Counted from the first letter of the stretch, positions 39,810 to 50,046 are shown. The stretch: DNA of 64,000 bases from Candidatus Latescibacterota bacterium (GCA_965217585.1 OZ244561.1:736001-800000); one strand, 5' to 3'. The notes: a model not told the origin generated them from the sequence alone. Made by a program: numbers and translations.

Positions 39810-39818
39810 GGTGGCGCT

Positions 39819-39843
39819 CCCTTCGGCTTTGCTCAGGGCAAGC
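39819..39843. repeat. Single REP-like short element CCCTTCGGCTTTGCTCAGGGCAAGC
   Basis: Resembles the dispersed CCCTTCGAC-N-GCTCAGGGC extragenic palindrome type; only one copy in this window. Confidence 0.35.
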
Positions 39844-39953
39844 TCTCAGTTTTTCGGTCGCTTTGCGAAATGAACTCGTATTCGACCGTATCATTTTAAC
39901 TAACTTCATCGCTGAATGACAGTTAATGCGATCTATCCCCGACTTTTTTCATA

Positions 39954-40018
39954 TCAACTAAAATTTTAGTTGACAAGCCGAATGCCGTCGAGTATGTTCA
40001 ACTAAATTCTTAGTTGAA
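39954..40018 (+). promoter_or_regulatory. blaI promoter with two palindromic operators
   Basis: TCAACTAAAATTTTAGTTGA (39954-39973, perfect palindrome) overlaps -35 TTGACA (39970-39975); 17-bp spacer; -10 TATGTT (39993-39998) overlaps TTCAACTAA-ATTC-TTAGTTGAA (39997-40018). Confidence 0.9.
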
Positions 40019-40028
40019 AGGGCTTGCC

Positions 40029-40436
40029 ATGGCGACCAGAGACAAACCCGACAAAAAGCTGACCCCACTCGAAACGCTCATTATGAATGTCCTGTGGGAC
40101 GAGTCTCCCGCAGCCGTCAAGCAGGTGCAGGAGCGGCTAACGGCCGTCAAGCCGATGGCCTACAATACCGTGCTGACCATAATGCGTATCCTGCGCGAAA
40201 AGGGCTTTGTGGTCTCGGAACGAGAAGGTCGGTCCGACCTCTATCGCCCGGTGGTCACGCGCGAGGATATGGGGCGGCGCTCGCTGGGCGAAGTCATCGA
40301 CTCGTTCTTTTCCGGCTCGGCCGAAGCGCTGGTCAGCCAACTGCTGGACGGCCAGTCGCTCACTGACGAAGAGTTGACGGCGATCCGGGCGGAGTTAGAT
40401 CGAACCCTCGAGAACAGAAAAGGAGGCCAGCGATGA
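40029..40436 (+). CDS. BlaI/MecI/CopY family transcriptional repressor
   Basis: LTPLE..IMNVLW, AYNTVLTIMRILREKG.V, FFSGSAEALVSQLL; stop overlaps the M56 gene start (ATGA). Confidence 0.95.
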   Translation: MATRDKPDKKLTPLETLIMNVLWDESPAAVKQVQERLTAVKPMAYNTVLTIMRILREKGFVVSEREGRSDLYRPVVTREDMGRRSLGEVIDSFFSGSAEALVSQLLDGQSLTDEELTAIRAELDRTLENRKGGQR

Positions 40437-42736
40437 ATGCGGCTTTGAACGGGCTGGGTAGCCAGCTATTCGGCTGGTTTGGTCAGCTAAGTATCGAGCT
40501 AGCGGCGCTGGCGGTCTTAGTCCTAGTAGCTAGTCGCCTGTTGCCGATCAAGTCGCCGGCCTTGCGCCACCTGCTGTGGGCGATCGTGCTGCTTAAGCCG
40601 CTCGTCTCCATCGCGGTCAGCTCGCCCTATACGCTATTCACACCGTTCGTGTCACTCTTGGAACCCAGTCAGGACACCCTCGCATTCTCGCCTGTCGAGC
40701 ACCCAACGGTGCAAGTAGCGGCTTCTCCGACAATTGCCACAAGTAGTGTGCATCTTACTACAGCCGGTTGGGGAGCGATACTGTGGATAGTAGGCGCGGC
40801 GCTGCTCATCGGGCGAATTCTGATCGGCTACGGCATCGTCTGGTGCTTGCGGCAGCAGGCTCAGATACAGCACGACGGGCCGCTTTTCGACGCCCTGCAG
40901 CAAGCGCGTCGGACGCTCGACTGCTATCCCAAGGTCGAGGTGGCGATCTCCCCTTCTATTGGCTCGCCGATGGCGCTGGGCATCCTGAGACCGATCATTG
41001 TTTTCCCCACCGATCTCGTGGAGAAACTCAGCGCCGATAAACTCGCCTTGATCCTCATGCACGAGCTAGCACACGTGCGCCGCTGGGACAACCTCACGCG
41101 GCTGCTGCACCGACTAATCGCCGCGGTATTGTTCTTCCATCCCGCCGTGTGGCTGTGTGGTCGCATGTTGCGGCGGGAAGCCGAACAGGCCTGCGACGAT
41201 CTCGTCGTATGTGCCACCGGCCACTCAGAAGCCTATGCGCGCGGCCTTGCCCACGTCGCCGAACGGGCGGTTCACTTAAACCCTTTAATAAGGAGAATCC
41301 CCACGATGAACGCCTTCGCAGCAGAATCGGATTTGGCGCTGAGAATCCGCAGGACGCTTGGCGGCGGTGCTCGTCGGATGGGCATGCGGGCGCGTGTGTT
41401 GACGGCGGTACTGCTATGCCCTCTGGCCGCCGTGACGCTGCCCTCTGTGTCTAAAATCTCGGCTGAGTCGAGTCAGGATGAGCGTCTCTTTATCGTCGCG
41501 GATCAAAACGGCAACATGAAGCTGAACGACAAACCAGTGACGTTTGCGACGCTTAAAGAGGAATTGCAAGCGAAGAGACGGGATGAGCGTCTCTCTATCG
41601 TCGCGGATCAAAACGGCAACATGAAGCTGAACGACAAACCAGTGACGTTTGCGACGCTTAAAGAAGAACTGCAGGCGCAGAGACGACTGCTGGACAATAC
41701 TACGATGATTGTCATCCAAAGCGACGGGCACACCCCGCACGGGCAGATCGTCCAGATCATGTATGTCGCCCGCCAAGTAGGGCTCGTCGATATGGTCGTT
41801 TGTGACACTACTCCGGAAGTGGCCAATGTCGCGACCGCGTTGAGTCGGAATGACGATAACCTTACCACAGAAAATCCCTTTATCGTCGTGGACCAGCACG
41901 GTAATATAAAACTGAACGACAAGTCAGTGACGTTTGCGGAGCTTAAAGAGAGATTGCGGACGAAGAGACGACTATTGGACAATACTACGATGATTATCAT
42001 CCAAGGAGACGAGCGTGCTCCGCACGGGATGATCGCCGGGATCATGGATATCGCCCGCCAAGTAGGGCTCGTCGATCAGGTAGTGGCCACGAAACCGCAA
42101 CCGGAAGTGACCAAAGTAGCGGTTGAGCCAAGTCGGAATAACAGAATCTGGCTGAAGGCGATGGCCACTAATCCAGATAGATGGTCCGACGAACTCAAAA
42201 CCCAGCTTCTCGCGCTCAAACCCAACAGAACCATCAAGGAAATCGCCTATGCGGTCCGTCAGAGCGTGGATAAAATCCGGCAAGAGGCGATGGCCACTGA
42301 TCCAGATGAATGGTCTGACGAACTCAAAACCCAGCTCCTCGCACTCAAAACCCTATTTTTCGGGCTTGAACCTGACAGTACCATCGAGGAAATCGCCGAG
42401 AAGGTCCGCCAGAGAAGGCTTTGGCGGCAGGCGGAAGAGACCGATTCAGACGAGTGGTCTGACGAACTCAAAACCCAGCTTCTCGCACTCAAACCCGGCA
42501 CCATCTCATATGAAATAGCCACCGCTGCATCGGATGAATTATTTATTTCTAACGTAGCCGGAGAGCTCGTTCGAACCTTTTTTTTAGATCATCAGAGTCC
42601 CGGCAAATATAGCATCGTCTGGGACGGGCGGGACGATGCCGGCCGCGAGCGCAGCAACGGCGTGTACCACTATTCGTTGAAATCCGACAGAGAGGCGAAC
42701 AAGCGGAGAAGGTATAGGACGATATTGGTTAGATAA
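40433..42736 (+). CDS. M56 family metallopeptidase (BlaR1-like), copy A, with ExbD-like domains, WSDELK repeats and FlgD/T9SS-like C-terminal domain
   Basis: RHLLW, SPMALGILRP.I..P, HELAHVRRWD, FFHPAVW, EQACDD; C-terminal IIIQGDERAPHG..MDIARQVG (ExbD-like) and YSIVWDGRDDAG...GVY. Confidence 0.9.
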   Translation: MNAALNGLGSQLFGWFGQLSIELAALAVLVLVASRLLPIKSPALRHLLWAIVLLKPLVSIAVSSPYTLFTPFVSLLEPSQDTLAFSPVEHPTVQVAASPTIATSSVHLTTAGWGAILWIVGAALLIGRILIGYGIVWCLRQQAQIQHDGPLFDALQQARRTLDCYPKVEVAISPSIGSPMALGILRPIIVFPTDLVEKLSADKLALILMHELAHVRRWDNLTRLLHRLIAAVLFFHPAVWLCGRMLRREAEQACDDLVVCATGHSEAYARGLAHVAERAVHLNPLIRRIPTMNAFAAESDLALRIRRTLGGGARRMGMRARVLTAVLLCPLAAVTLPSVSKISAESSQDERLFIVADQNGNMKLNDKPVTFATLKEELQAKRRDERLSIVADQNGNMKLNDKPVTFATLKEELQAQRRLLDNTTMIVIQSDGHTPHGQIVQIMYVARQVGLVDMVVCDTTPEVANVATALSRNDDNLTTENPFIVVDQHGNIKLNDKSVTFAELKERLRTKRRLLDNTTMIIIQGDERAPHGMIAGIMDIARQVGLVDQVVATKPQPEVTKVAVEPSRNNRIWLKAMATNPDRWSDELKTQLLALKPNRTIKEIAYAVRQSVDKIRQEAMATDPDEWSDELKTQLLALKTLFFGLEPDSTIEEIAEKVRQRRLWRQAEETDSDEWSDELKTQLLALKPGTISYEIATAASDELFISNVAGELVRTFFLDHQSPGKYSIVWDGRDDAGRERSNGVYHYSLKSDREANKRRRYRTILVR
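41476..41685 (+). repeat. 105-bp near-perfect tandem duplication (35 aa, first half of the ExbD-like domain)
   Basis: GGATGAGCGTCTC..ATCGTCGCGGATCAAAACGGCAACATGAAGCTG at 41476 and 41581. Confidence 0.92.
42156..42496 (+). repeat. Three 'D.WSDELKTQLLALK' repeats in M56 copy A
   Basis: TGGTC[CT]GACGAACTCAAAACCCAGCT occurs three times; two related copies in copy B (about 46245-46440). Confidence 0.88.
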
Positions 42737-42929
42737 CCATCAAACGCGCACCCACAAGATGGTCAAGCCCCAATAGGAGTGTCCGTCTCTGTTTCACACC
42801 TGCTTGGTACCGATTCGCTCGGCCAATTCGGCTTGAATGCGCCACCGGCCGCTCAGAAGCCTATGCGCGCGGCCTTGCTCACGTCGCCGAACGGGCGGCT
42901 CACTTAAACCCCTTAGGAGAATCCCCACG

Positions 42930-43481
42930 ATGAACGCCTTTACAGAAGCAGAATCGAATTTGACGCTGAGAACCCGCAGGACGCTTGGCGGCAGTGCGCG
43001 CCGGATGGGCATGCGGGCACGCGTGTTAGCGGTCGTACTGCTATGTCCCTTGGCCGCCGTGACGCTGCCCTCTTGTGGCGCTACCTCGGAAGAGTCCAAC
43101 GTCTCGGCTGAGCCGAGTCGGGATGAGCATCGCGTTGTCGTCGAGGATCAAGATTCCAATACAAGTGGCGATACAGCCACACAAACAGAAAAACTGGACT
43201 TCAGCATGGAAAGTGCGCCACAAGATTCACTGGTGAAAATTGTGTACTGGATTCCAGAAACGGTTTATTCAGACTCTATCTTTGTAGAACTCGAATTTTT
43301 AAATAATGAGGGTATGATAGTGGCGAAGCCTGTCAATAAAATACACAATCCCGGCTCATATACTGTGTCCTTGTCTAAACGAGGACTTCCCGACGGAGGA
43401 TACTTTGCGAGACTAAGAACAAATCAATCAGAGCAAGATGTGATGCGCATGTTGAATCTGATTTGGGCCAATAGAAAGTGA
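42930..43481 (+). CDS. Orphan M56-derived C-terminal module: signal/lipobox segment plus distinct Ig-like sorting-type domain
   Basis: 42839 to about 43130 is a near copy of the end of the M56 domain; AGGAGA RBS before ATG 42930; VLLCPLAAVTLPSCG then an unrelated lower-GC domain (PGSYTVSL...LPDGGYFARL). Confidence 0.72.
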   Translation: MNAFTEAESNLTLRTRRTLGGSARRMGMRARVLAVVLLCPLAAVTLPSCGATSEESNVSAEPSRDEHRVVVEDQDSNTSGDTATQTEKLDFSMESAPQDSLVKIVYWIPETVYSDSIFVELEFLNNEGMIVAKPVNKIHNPGSYTVSLSKRGLPDGGYFARLRTNQSEQDVMRMLNLIWANRK

Positions 43482-44776
43482 GGTTCGAGATGTATTTCGA
43501 CAAGTGCAGACTGATAGCGAGCCTGGTGATGTGCCTGGTCGTATGTTCTCTGTGTTCTGCACAACAATCAACCCATTCAGAAGAAGAGATGAAGCGGTTT
43601 GACCAATTTAGGACTGGGTACCGCTCTCCCGAGACCACAGAGCAATATTGGGAAGGCATTTTGGGACTTGAGCAATTGCTTGCAGATTATCCCAATACCT
43701 TTCTGAAAGGCGACATCTCCATTACACTGTTGGATTATTATCAACAGGTCACTGATGATCCACACCTGTTGATTGAGCTGGCTGAAAAAATGCTTGCATT
43801 GCGGATGTACTCCAACGCTGTTTATAAAACTGCTGCTCGGGTACTTGTGGACAAGCAGGTTCGGTCTGATAAAACACTTCTATATGCACAGAACGCATTA
43901 AAAGGAGCATTGCAGAACCAAGAAAAATGGAGACTTAACGGCAAAGGAGAACTACACTATCGCGATCTATTGGCGCGTGCTTACCAACTAGTTGGGCAAC
44001 ACGATCAATCTGTCGCGGAAATGAAGACCGTGATTCGCGGATGGCAAACTCGAAAGGATTTAGGCGGCCTGGAACTGGAATATCGGCAGGCAGCCGTAGA
44101 TCGAGCAAAGGCCAATTTGCTGCGGATTTACATTGATCAAAAAGCCTGGAGCCAGGCTTACGAACTGGCATCAGAATTATTGCTAACTTCGGTCGTGCGT
44201 CGAGATGTTGCGGAATTGTGGAGCCAAGCTTACGTGGGGAAATTTGGCTCAGGCGTAGGGATGAGCAAAGCCTATGCTTCCTCAAAGGCCGAGTGGGATA
44301 AGAAAATTATCCAACGCGTTGAAAATGAGCGGATCTCACGACCTGCACCGACCCTTGCGGTGCAAAAGCTGGACGGTGAGCAGATCACTTCAGCCGATTT
44401 GCAGGGCAGGGCTTTGGTGGTGACGTTTTGGGCGGGGTGGTGTAGCCCGTGCATTGAAGAGTTGCCCTATCTGCAAAAACTCAAGAAGCAATTTCACGAG
44501 CAAAATGTTGAATTTTTAGCGGTGAATATTGACGAGGATAGTTCAATACGCAGAGATATGGTGGCGAGCTTTCGCTACCAGAGCGCCCCAAGTTTAACAT
44601 TTGTATTGGGTGATTTGGAAATGCGCAAGGCGTTTGGTTCTAACGAGATCCCCTATACGTGTATTATTGATCAGGACGGACAAATTCGCTATGAACGCAA
44701 GGGATTAGGCACTGATTTTAGCGTGGCAATGGCGCATCAGTTGCAGTGGGTGTTGGCAGAAAATCAGAATCCTTAG
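43478..44776 (+). CDS. TPR-like / TlpA-ResA thioredoxin-like disulfide reductase
   Basis: Signal peptide, helical repeats, APTLAVQKLDG...FWAGWCSPCIEELP...IPYTCIIDQDG. Confidence 0.88.
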   Translation: MRFEMYFDKCRLIASLVMCLVVCSLCSAQQSTHSEEEMKRFDQFRTGYRSPETTEQYWEGILGLEQLLADYPNTFLKGDISITLLDYYQQVTDDPHLLIELAEKMLALRMYSNAVYKTAARVLVDKQVRSDKTLLYAQNALKGALQNQEKWRLNGKGELHYRDLLARAYQLVGQHDQSVAEMKTVIRGWQTRKDLGGLELEYRQAAVDRAKANLLRIYIDQKAWSQAYELASELLLTSVVRRDVAELWSQAYVGKFGSGVGMSKAYASSKAEWDKKIIQRVENERISRPAPTLAVQKLDGEQITSADLQGRALVVTFWAGWCSPCIEELPYLQKLKKQFHEQNVEFLAVNIDEDSSIRRDMVASFRYQSAPSLTFVLGDLEMRKAFGSNEIPYTCIIDQDGQIRYERKGLGTDFSVAMAHQLQWVLAENQNP

Positions 44777-44795
44777 AAGACTCTGAAAGAGAATG

Positions 44796-44825
44796 CATCA
44801 CCATTGTCAATTGCTTGAAACAAAA
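44796..44825 (+). repeat. 30-bp direct repeat, copy 1
   Basis: CATCACCATTGTCAATTGCTTGAAACAAAA; 28/30 identical to 50327-50356. Confidence 0.9.
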
Positions 44826-44838
44826 AAGGGAGCCAGCG

Positions 44839-46695
44839 ATGAATGCAGCTTTGAACGGGTTAGGTAGCCAGCTATTCGGCTGGTTTGGTCAGTTAAGTAT
44901 CGAACTAGCGGCGCTGGCGGTCTTAGTTCTAGCCGCCAGTCTCCTGTTGCCGATCAAGTCGCCGGCCTTGCGCCACCTGTTGTGGGCGGTCGTGCTAATC
45001 AAGCCGCTCGTCGCCATTGCGGTCAGTTCGCCCTATACGCTATTCACGCCGTTGGTGTCACTCGTGGAACCCGGTTGGAATGCCCCATCCTTGCCCGTCA
45101 ATCATTCAACGGTGCACGTAGCGGCTTCTCCGGCAATTGCCACAAGTAGTGTGCAACTTACTACAGCCGGCTGGGGAGCGATACTGTGGATAGTAGGTGC
45201 AGCGCTGCTCATCGGGCGGATGCTGATCGGCTACGGCATCGTCTGGTGCTTGCGGCAGCAGGCGCAAGTGCAGCGCGACGGTCCGCTTTGCGACGCCCTG
45301 CGGCAAGCGCGTCGGACGCTCGACTGCTATCCCAGAGTAGAGGTGGCGATCTCCCCTTCTATCAGTTCGCCGATGGCGCTGGGCATCCTGAGACCGATCA
45401 TTGTCTTGCCCGCCGATCTCGTGGAGAAACTCAGCGCCGATAAACTCGCCTTGATCCTCATGCACGAACTGGCACACGTGCGCCGCTGGGATAATCTCAC
45501 GAGGTTTCTGCACCGACTAGTCTCCGCCGTATTATTCTTCCATCCCGCCGTGTGGCTGTGCGGTCGCATGTTGCGGCGGGAAGCCGAACAGGCCTGCGAC
45601 GATCTCGTCGTATGTGCCACCGGCCGCTCAGAAGCCTATGCGCGCGGCCTGGCTCACGTCGCCGAACGGGCGGTTCACTTAAACCCTTTAATACGGAGAA
45701 TCCCCACGATGAACGCCTTTGCAGCAGAACCGGATTTGGCGCTGAGAATCCGCAGGACGCTTGGCGGCGGTGCGCGCCGGATGGGCATGCGGGCGCGCGT
45801 GTTGGCAGCGGTACTGCTATGCCCCCTAGCCGCCGTGACGCTGCCCTCTTGTGGCATTACTTCGAAAGTGTCCAAAGTCGCGGCTGAGTCGAGTAAGAAG
45901 AATATCTTTATCGTCGTGGATCAAGACGGCAACATGAAGCTGAACGACAAATCAGTGACGTTTGCAACTCTCAAAGAGGAATTGCAAGCGAAGAGACAAC
46001 AGCTAGACGACACCACAATGATTATCATCCAAGGAGACGAGCGCGCCACGCACAGTCAGATCGTCCAGATCATGGATATCGCCCGCCAAGTAGGGCTTGT
46101 CGATCAGGTCATCGCCACGGAACCGCAAACCAGCGGAGGCCAAAGTCGGGATGAATCGAGTCGGGATAACAAGGTCAAAGTCGCGGCTGAGCAGAGTCGG
46201 GATAAACATCGCGCTAGCGTCGTGGAACCAAACAGTATCTTGCGGCAGGCGATGGAGACCGAGCCGGACGAATGGTCCGACAAGTTGAAAGCCAAACTTC
46301 TCGCGCTCAGACCCGGCAGAACCATCGAAGAAATTGCCGAGGAAATCCGCAAGAGCAAGCTTTGGCGAAAGGCGGTGGAGACCGAGCCAGACGAGTGGTC
46401 CGACGAACTGAAAACCCAGCTTCTCGCGCTCAAACCCGACAGCACCACCTTCAATAGCAGCACGACTACCCTCCCGTATGAAATAGCCACCGCCGCATCG
46501 GCTGAATTAGCTATTTTTGATGTATTCGGACAGCACGTTCGAACCTTTGTTTTGGGCCATCAGAGTCCCGGCAAATATCGCATGATCTGGGACGAGCGGG
46601 ACGATGCCGGCCGCAAGCTTAGCAGCGGTGTGTACTTCTATAGGTTGCAAACCGACGCAGAGACGACGCTTCGCAGTAAGATATTGGTTAGATAA
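44839..46695 (+). CDS. M56 family metallopeptidase (BlaR1-like), copy B, with one ExbD-like domain, two WSDELK repeats and FlgD/T9SS-like C-terminal domain
   Basis: First ~1 kb highly similar to 40433-41450; HELAHVRRWD; ends IFDVFGQHVRT...WDERDDAG..LSSGVYFYRL; ATG 44839 after GGGAG. Confidence 0.9.
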   Translation: MNAALNGLGSQLFGWFGQLSIELAALAVLVLAASLLLPIKSPALRHLLWAVVLIKPLVAIAVSSPYTLFTPLVSLVEPGWNAPSLPVNHSTVHVAASPAIATSSVQLTTAGWGAILWIVGAALLIGRMLIGYGIVWCLRQQAQVQRDGPLCDALRQARRTLDCYPRVEVAISPSISSPMALGILRPIIVLPADLVEKLSADKLALILMHELAHVRRWDNLTRFLHRLVSAVLFFHPAVWLCGRMLRREAEQACDDLVVCATGRSEAYARGLAHVAERAVHLNPLIRRIPTMNAFAAEPDLALRIRRTLGGGARRMGMRARVLAAVLLCPLAAVTLPSCGITSKVSKVAAESSKKNIFIVVDQDGNMKLNDKSVTFATLKEELQAKRQQLDDTTMIIIQGDERATHSQIVQIMDIARQVGLVDQVIATEPQTSGGQSRDESSRDNKVKVAAEQSRDKHRASVVEPNSILRQAMETEPDEWSDKLKAKLLALRPGRTIEEIAEEIRKSKLWRKAVETEPDEWSDELKTQLLALKPDSTTFNSSTTTLPYEIATAASAELAIFDVFGQHVRTFVLGHQSPGKYRMIWDERDDAGRKLSSGVYFYRLQTDAETTLRSKILVR

Positions 46696-49012
46696 CCAAT
46701 TGTGCCGATTAGAAATAAACCTAAATCGGGGCTGCACTACAACTTAGATTACTGTCGTGTACTAAGGGGATTGGTATGCTGCGAAGTCACTTGAAGTTGG
46801 CGCTGCGAAGCCTATTTCGATACAAAATACACTCGTCTATCAGTGTGTTGGGACTCGCGATCGGTTTTGCCTGCTTCATTATCGTGTTTGTCTTTATTGC
46901 GCATGAGATGAGCTACGATGACTTCCACGAAAATGCGGAGCGTCTGTATCGGGTTAGAGAGGATACAATCGAAAAACGGACGGGTACCCGACATAGTTAT
47001 GCTACGATCAAGCACTCCATGGCTTCTTTATTAAAAAGTGATTTTCCAGAAATCGAAGATATTGTACGCGTTCGTCGCTACAGAGAGAGCAGGTCCGTTC
47101 ACTATCAAGACAAACACTTATTGGAGGATCAAGTTTATTATACCGACCCGATGTTTTTTGATTTTTTCTCCTTTCCCCTGAAGGAAGGCGATGCACGAAC
47201 GGCACTGGAGGCTCCTTATTCCATTGTGTTGACGGAACAGACTGCCTCGAAATACTTCGGGAGCGACAACCCTGTGGGTAAAACCTTGCGCATCGGAATA
47301 GGTTATGGGGGTACAGGCGAATACCTTGTTACTGGCGTGGTCCAGGATCTCCCGTCTAATACACACTTCAAATTTGATTTTGTCGCGTCGATAAAGGAAT
47401 TCAAGCTCCGTAGGGACATTAATGATTCCTGGTACCACACCTACATTCGGCTGGCCGAAAACGCCTCACCGGAGGCTTTGGAGAACAAATTTCCCGAGTT
47501 TTTGGAACGACACAAATACAACTTAGAAGAATGGGGAACGCAACTTTTTCTCCAATCTTTACAAGACATCCACCTCCATTCCCATTTCAAGTGGGAACTG
47601 AGTCCCAACCGAGATGTCCGGTACCTGTATCTTTTGATGGGCATTGCGCTGGTCATTTTGCTTATTGTGTGCATCAATTATGTCAATCTCTCAACCTTTC
47701 GGTTTACCCAACGAGCTAAAGAAGTAGGGCTGCGAAAAGCACTGGGCAGTGTGCAGTCACAATTGGTTCAGCAGTTCTTGGGTGAAACACTTCTTTTGAC
47801 GTTCTTTGCGTTTCTGGTCAGTCTTACTCTGGTAATGTGTTCATGGCCTTATTTAAGTAGATTTCTTGGGCCGGATGTAGAGATAGCTGCTTTTCGCCTT
47901 GCGATAGACTATGGTCTCTGGCTCTTTGCTTCTATCGTGTGCATTGGTCTGATTGCTGGTTTGTATCCCGCCTTTTTTCTAGCCAAGTTCAACCCCGCGG
48001 CCACCTTGGGGGGACACACCCAAAGTGGAGCCACGGCCGGTTTCCTGAGAAAAACGCTGGTCATTTTCCAATTCGCGCTCTCCATCGTTCTCATTATCAC
48101 CACGCTCGCATTGCGCAATCAATTGGAATTCGTGAGAAGTCAGGACTTGGGGTTTGATCGGGAACAGGTGGCCGTAATTCCCGCGAAGATCTTCCAGCCA
48201 ACGCGCATTGCAGAGTATTTGCAGGATCCGAGAATTTTGAACATATCAGGTACTTTCGGATCACCCGGTGTCTTGGATACGAAGGGCAGGTTTATTCCGG
48301 AGGGACGGGATGCCGTAAGTATAAATACTATTGATGTCGATTATACCTATCTGGAAACCATGGGCTTGGAGCTCATCGCCGGGCGCGATTTTTCAAAAGA
48401 CTTCGCCTCTGATGAGCATGAAGCCTTCATCATTAACGAATCGGCTGCAAAATTCTTGGGGTGGAAAAACCCGGTCGCTAAACGCTTAGAACGCACTTCC
48501 ATGCCACAGCGTCGATCCGCTTCGAGCAAGGTCATCGGCGTAGTCAAGGATTTCCACTACCAGTCTTTGCACCATCCTATCGAACCGCTGATAATTGGTA
48601 TGCGGTGGAATATGCAGAACGTGCTTGCTATCAAACATCTTACGGTCAGAATCCACCCGGGAGACATATCGGGTGCCTTGGCGTTTCTCGAAGCCAAGAC
48701 GCGCGAGTTCGTGCCCAACGAGCCCTTTCAATACTATTTTCTCGACGACGTTTTCGCTCAATTCTACCGAGAAGAAGAGAAGATCTTCCGTCTGATCGGC
48801 TTTTTCAGCACCCTGTCTATTGTGATCATTTGCTTGGGTGTGTTGGGGCTGGCCTCTTTTTCGGTTGAGCAGCGCATGAAGGAGATCGGCATTCGCAAAG
48901 TGCTGGGGGCCTCTTCCCCGGGTCTTGTGTATTTGCTGATGAAACCCGTTCTGGTCTGGCTAGTCGTAGCCAATCTGCTTGCTTGGCCTGTCGCTTATAT
49001 AGCCGTCCTAAA

Positions 49013-49599
49013 TCATTTAAGTGCCAAATTATATTGGCTTAACTTAGGGAATTGGAAGTATTTTTTCTGTCGAATGCCCTTGACAAATAGGTCTTTAATC
49101 TGTTCAAAACAGGTGGTCCATACCGCATGGGTACGGACAAAAGTCTTGCCTTTTAACCAGATGTCTTCGACCGGGTTTTCTTGCGGTGTATAGGGCGCTA
49201 ATCGCGTACAGCATATCTTCCATTCATCAGGCGGTAGATCGGCCTGCATCGTTTGTAGAAAATCGCGCATGGCCTGTTGGTGATGATAGGACACCCCATC
49301 CCAAAAGATCAATAACTTTTGTCCGGGACGCTGTTGTTGTAGGTAGCGTATAAAATCGACCGTATAGTGTGCATTGGCCTTGGGATATGGTTGCATGAGA
49401 AAGGTGCCCTTGACTATATCCAACGCCCCATAATAGGTTTGTCGTTGCCGTCCATTTTCAATGGCCACCTCCAGCCGTTGGTCTCGACGCCCCCAGCCAT
49501 AGCCGCAGGCATCGCCCCAGTGTAGATGCGATTCATCGATGAAAAAGGCACTGACTTGACCCGCTTGGAGTTCGGCCTTATGCTCGGTTAGTTTTTTTT
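49013..49599 (-). CDS. IS630 transposase, DDE part (orfB, reached by -1 frameshift)
   Basis: FFIDESHLHWGD, IFWDGVSYH, LAPYTPQENPVEDIW. Confidence 0.9.
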
Positions 49600-50046
49600 A
49601 ATCGCTTCGCGTTTAGAAAGCCCCTGTTGGGGATCGGTCTTGGGGTGCCGAGCTTGGGCCTTTTTCCAGCTATAGCCCGCCTGAGCAAGCAGATCGTAAT
49701 AGCTTTGCGATGAGCGAAACACGACCCCAAACTGCGTTTGGATATAGGAGGCTAATGAGGCGACCGAAGGGTGCGACTGGGTCGCTAACCAAGCGTTGAT
49801 TTGGGCGCGCTGATCCGCCGACAAATACGGCTGTGAGCCTTTATAGCCTAAGCGAAAACAAGCGACCCCTTCGGCCAGATAGCGCTGCTTCCACGTACTG
49901 ATGAAGCTCGACTGCACACCGAGAATCGCTTGAATCGCACCTTGTTTAAGCCCCAAAAGCGTCATCTGAACCGCTAACGCCCGTTTCAGTTCGCGGGCGT
50001 CGGGATTGCTCGCGATAAACGCCGATAAAGACGAATCCGAAACCAT
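49588..50046 (-). CDS. IS630 transposase, HTH part (orfA)
   Basis: RELKRALAV, YKGSQPYL, YIQTQFGVVFRSSQSYYDLL..AGYSWKK; ends at the A8 slippery run (IKKN*). Confidence 0.9.
   Translation of the reverse strand: MVSDSSLSAFIASNPDARELKRALAVQMTLLGLKQGAIQAILGVQSSFISTWKQRYLAEGVACFRLGYKGSQPYLSADQRAQINAWLATQSHPSVASLASYIQTQFGVVFRSSQSYYDLLAQAGYSWKKAQARHPKTDPQQGLSKREAIKKN

Noticed and set aside
40029-42736. Beta-lactam resistance locus (blaI-blaR1-blaZ)
   Set aside because: No penicillin-binding sensor domain and no beta-lactamase nearby; only the repressor and M56 domains are shared.
40433-46695. Diversity-generating retroelement explaining the near-duplicate M56 blocks
   Set aside because: No reverse transcriptase in the window. 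Differences between copies involve all base types and indels, not adenine-specific changes in a short TR/VR pair.
49000-49193. C-terminus of the 46776-49193 ORF as given in the ORF track
   Set aside because: It is read-through into the IS630 antisense strand; the true permease end is at 50139-50305.
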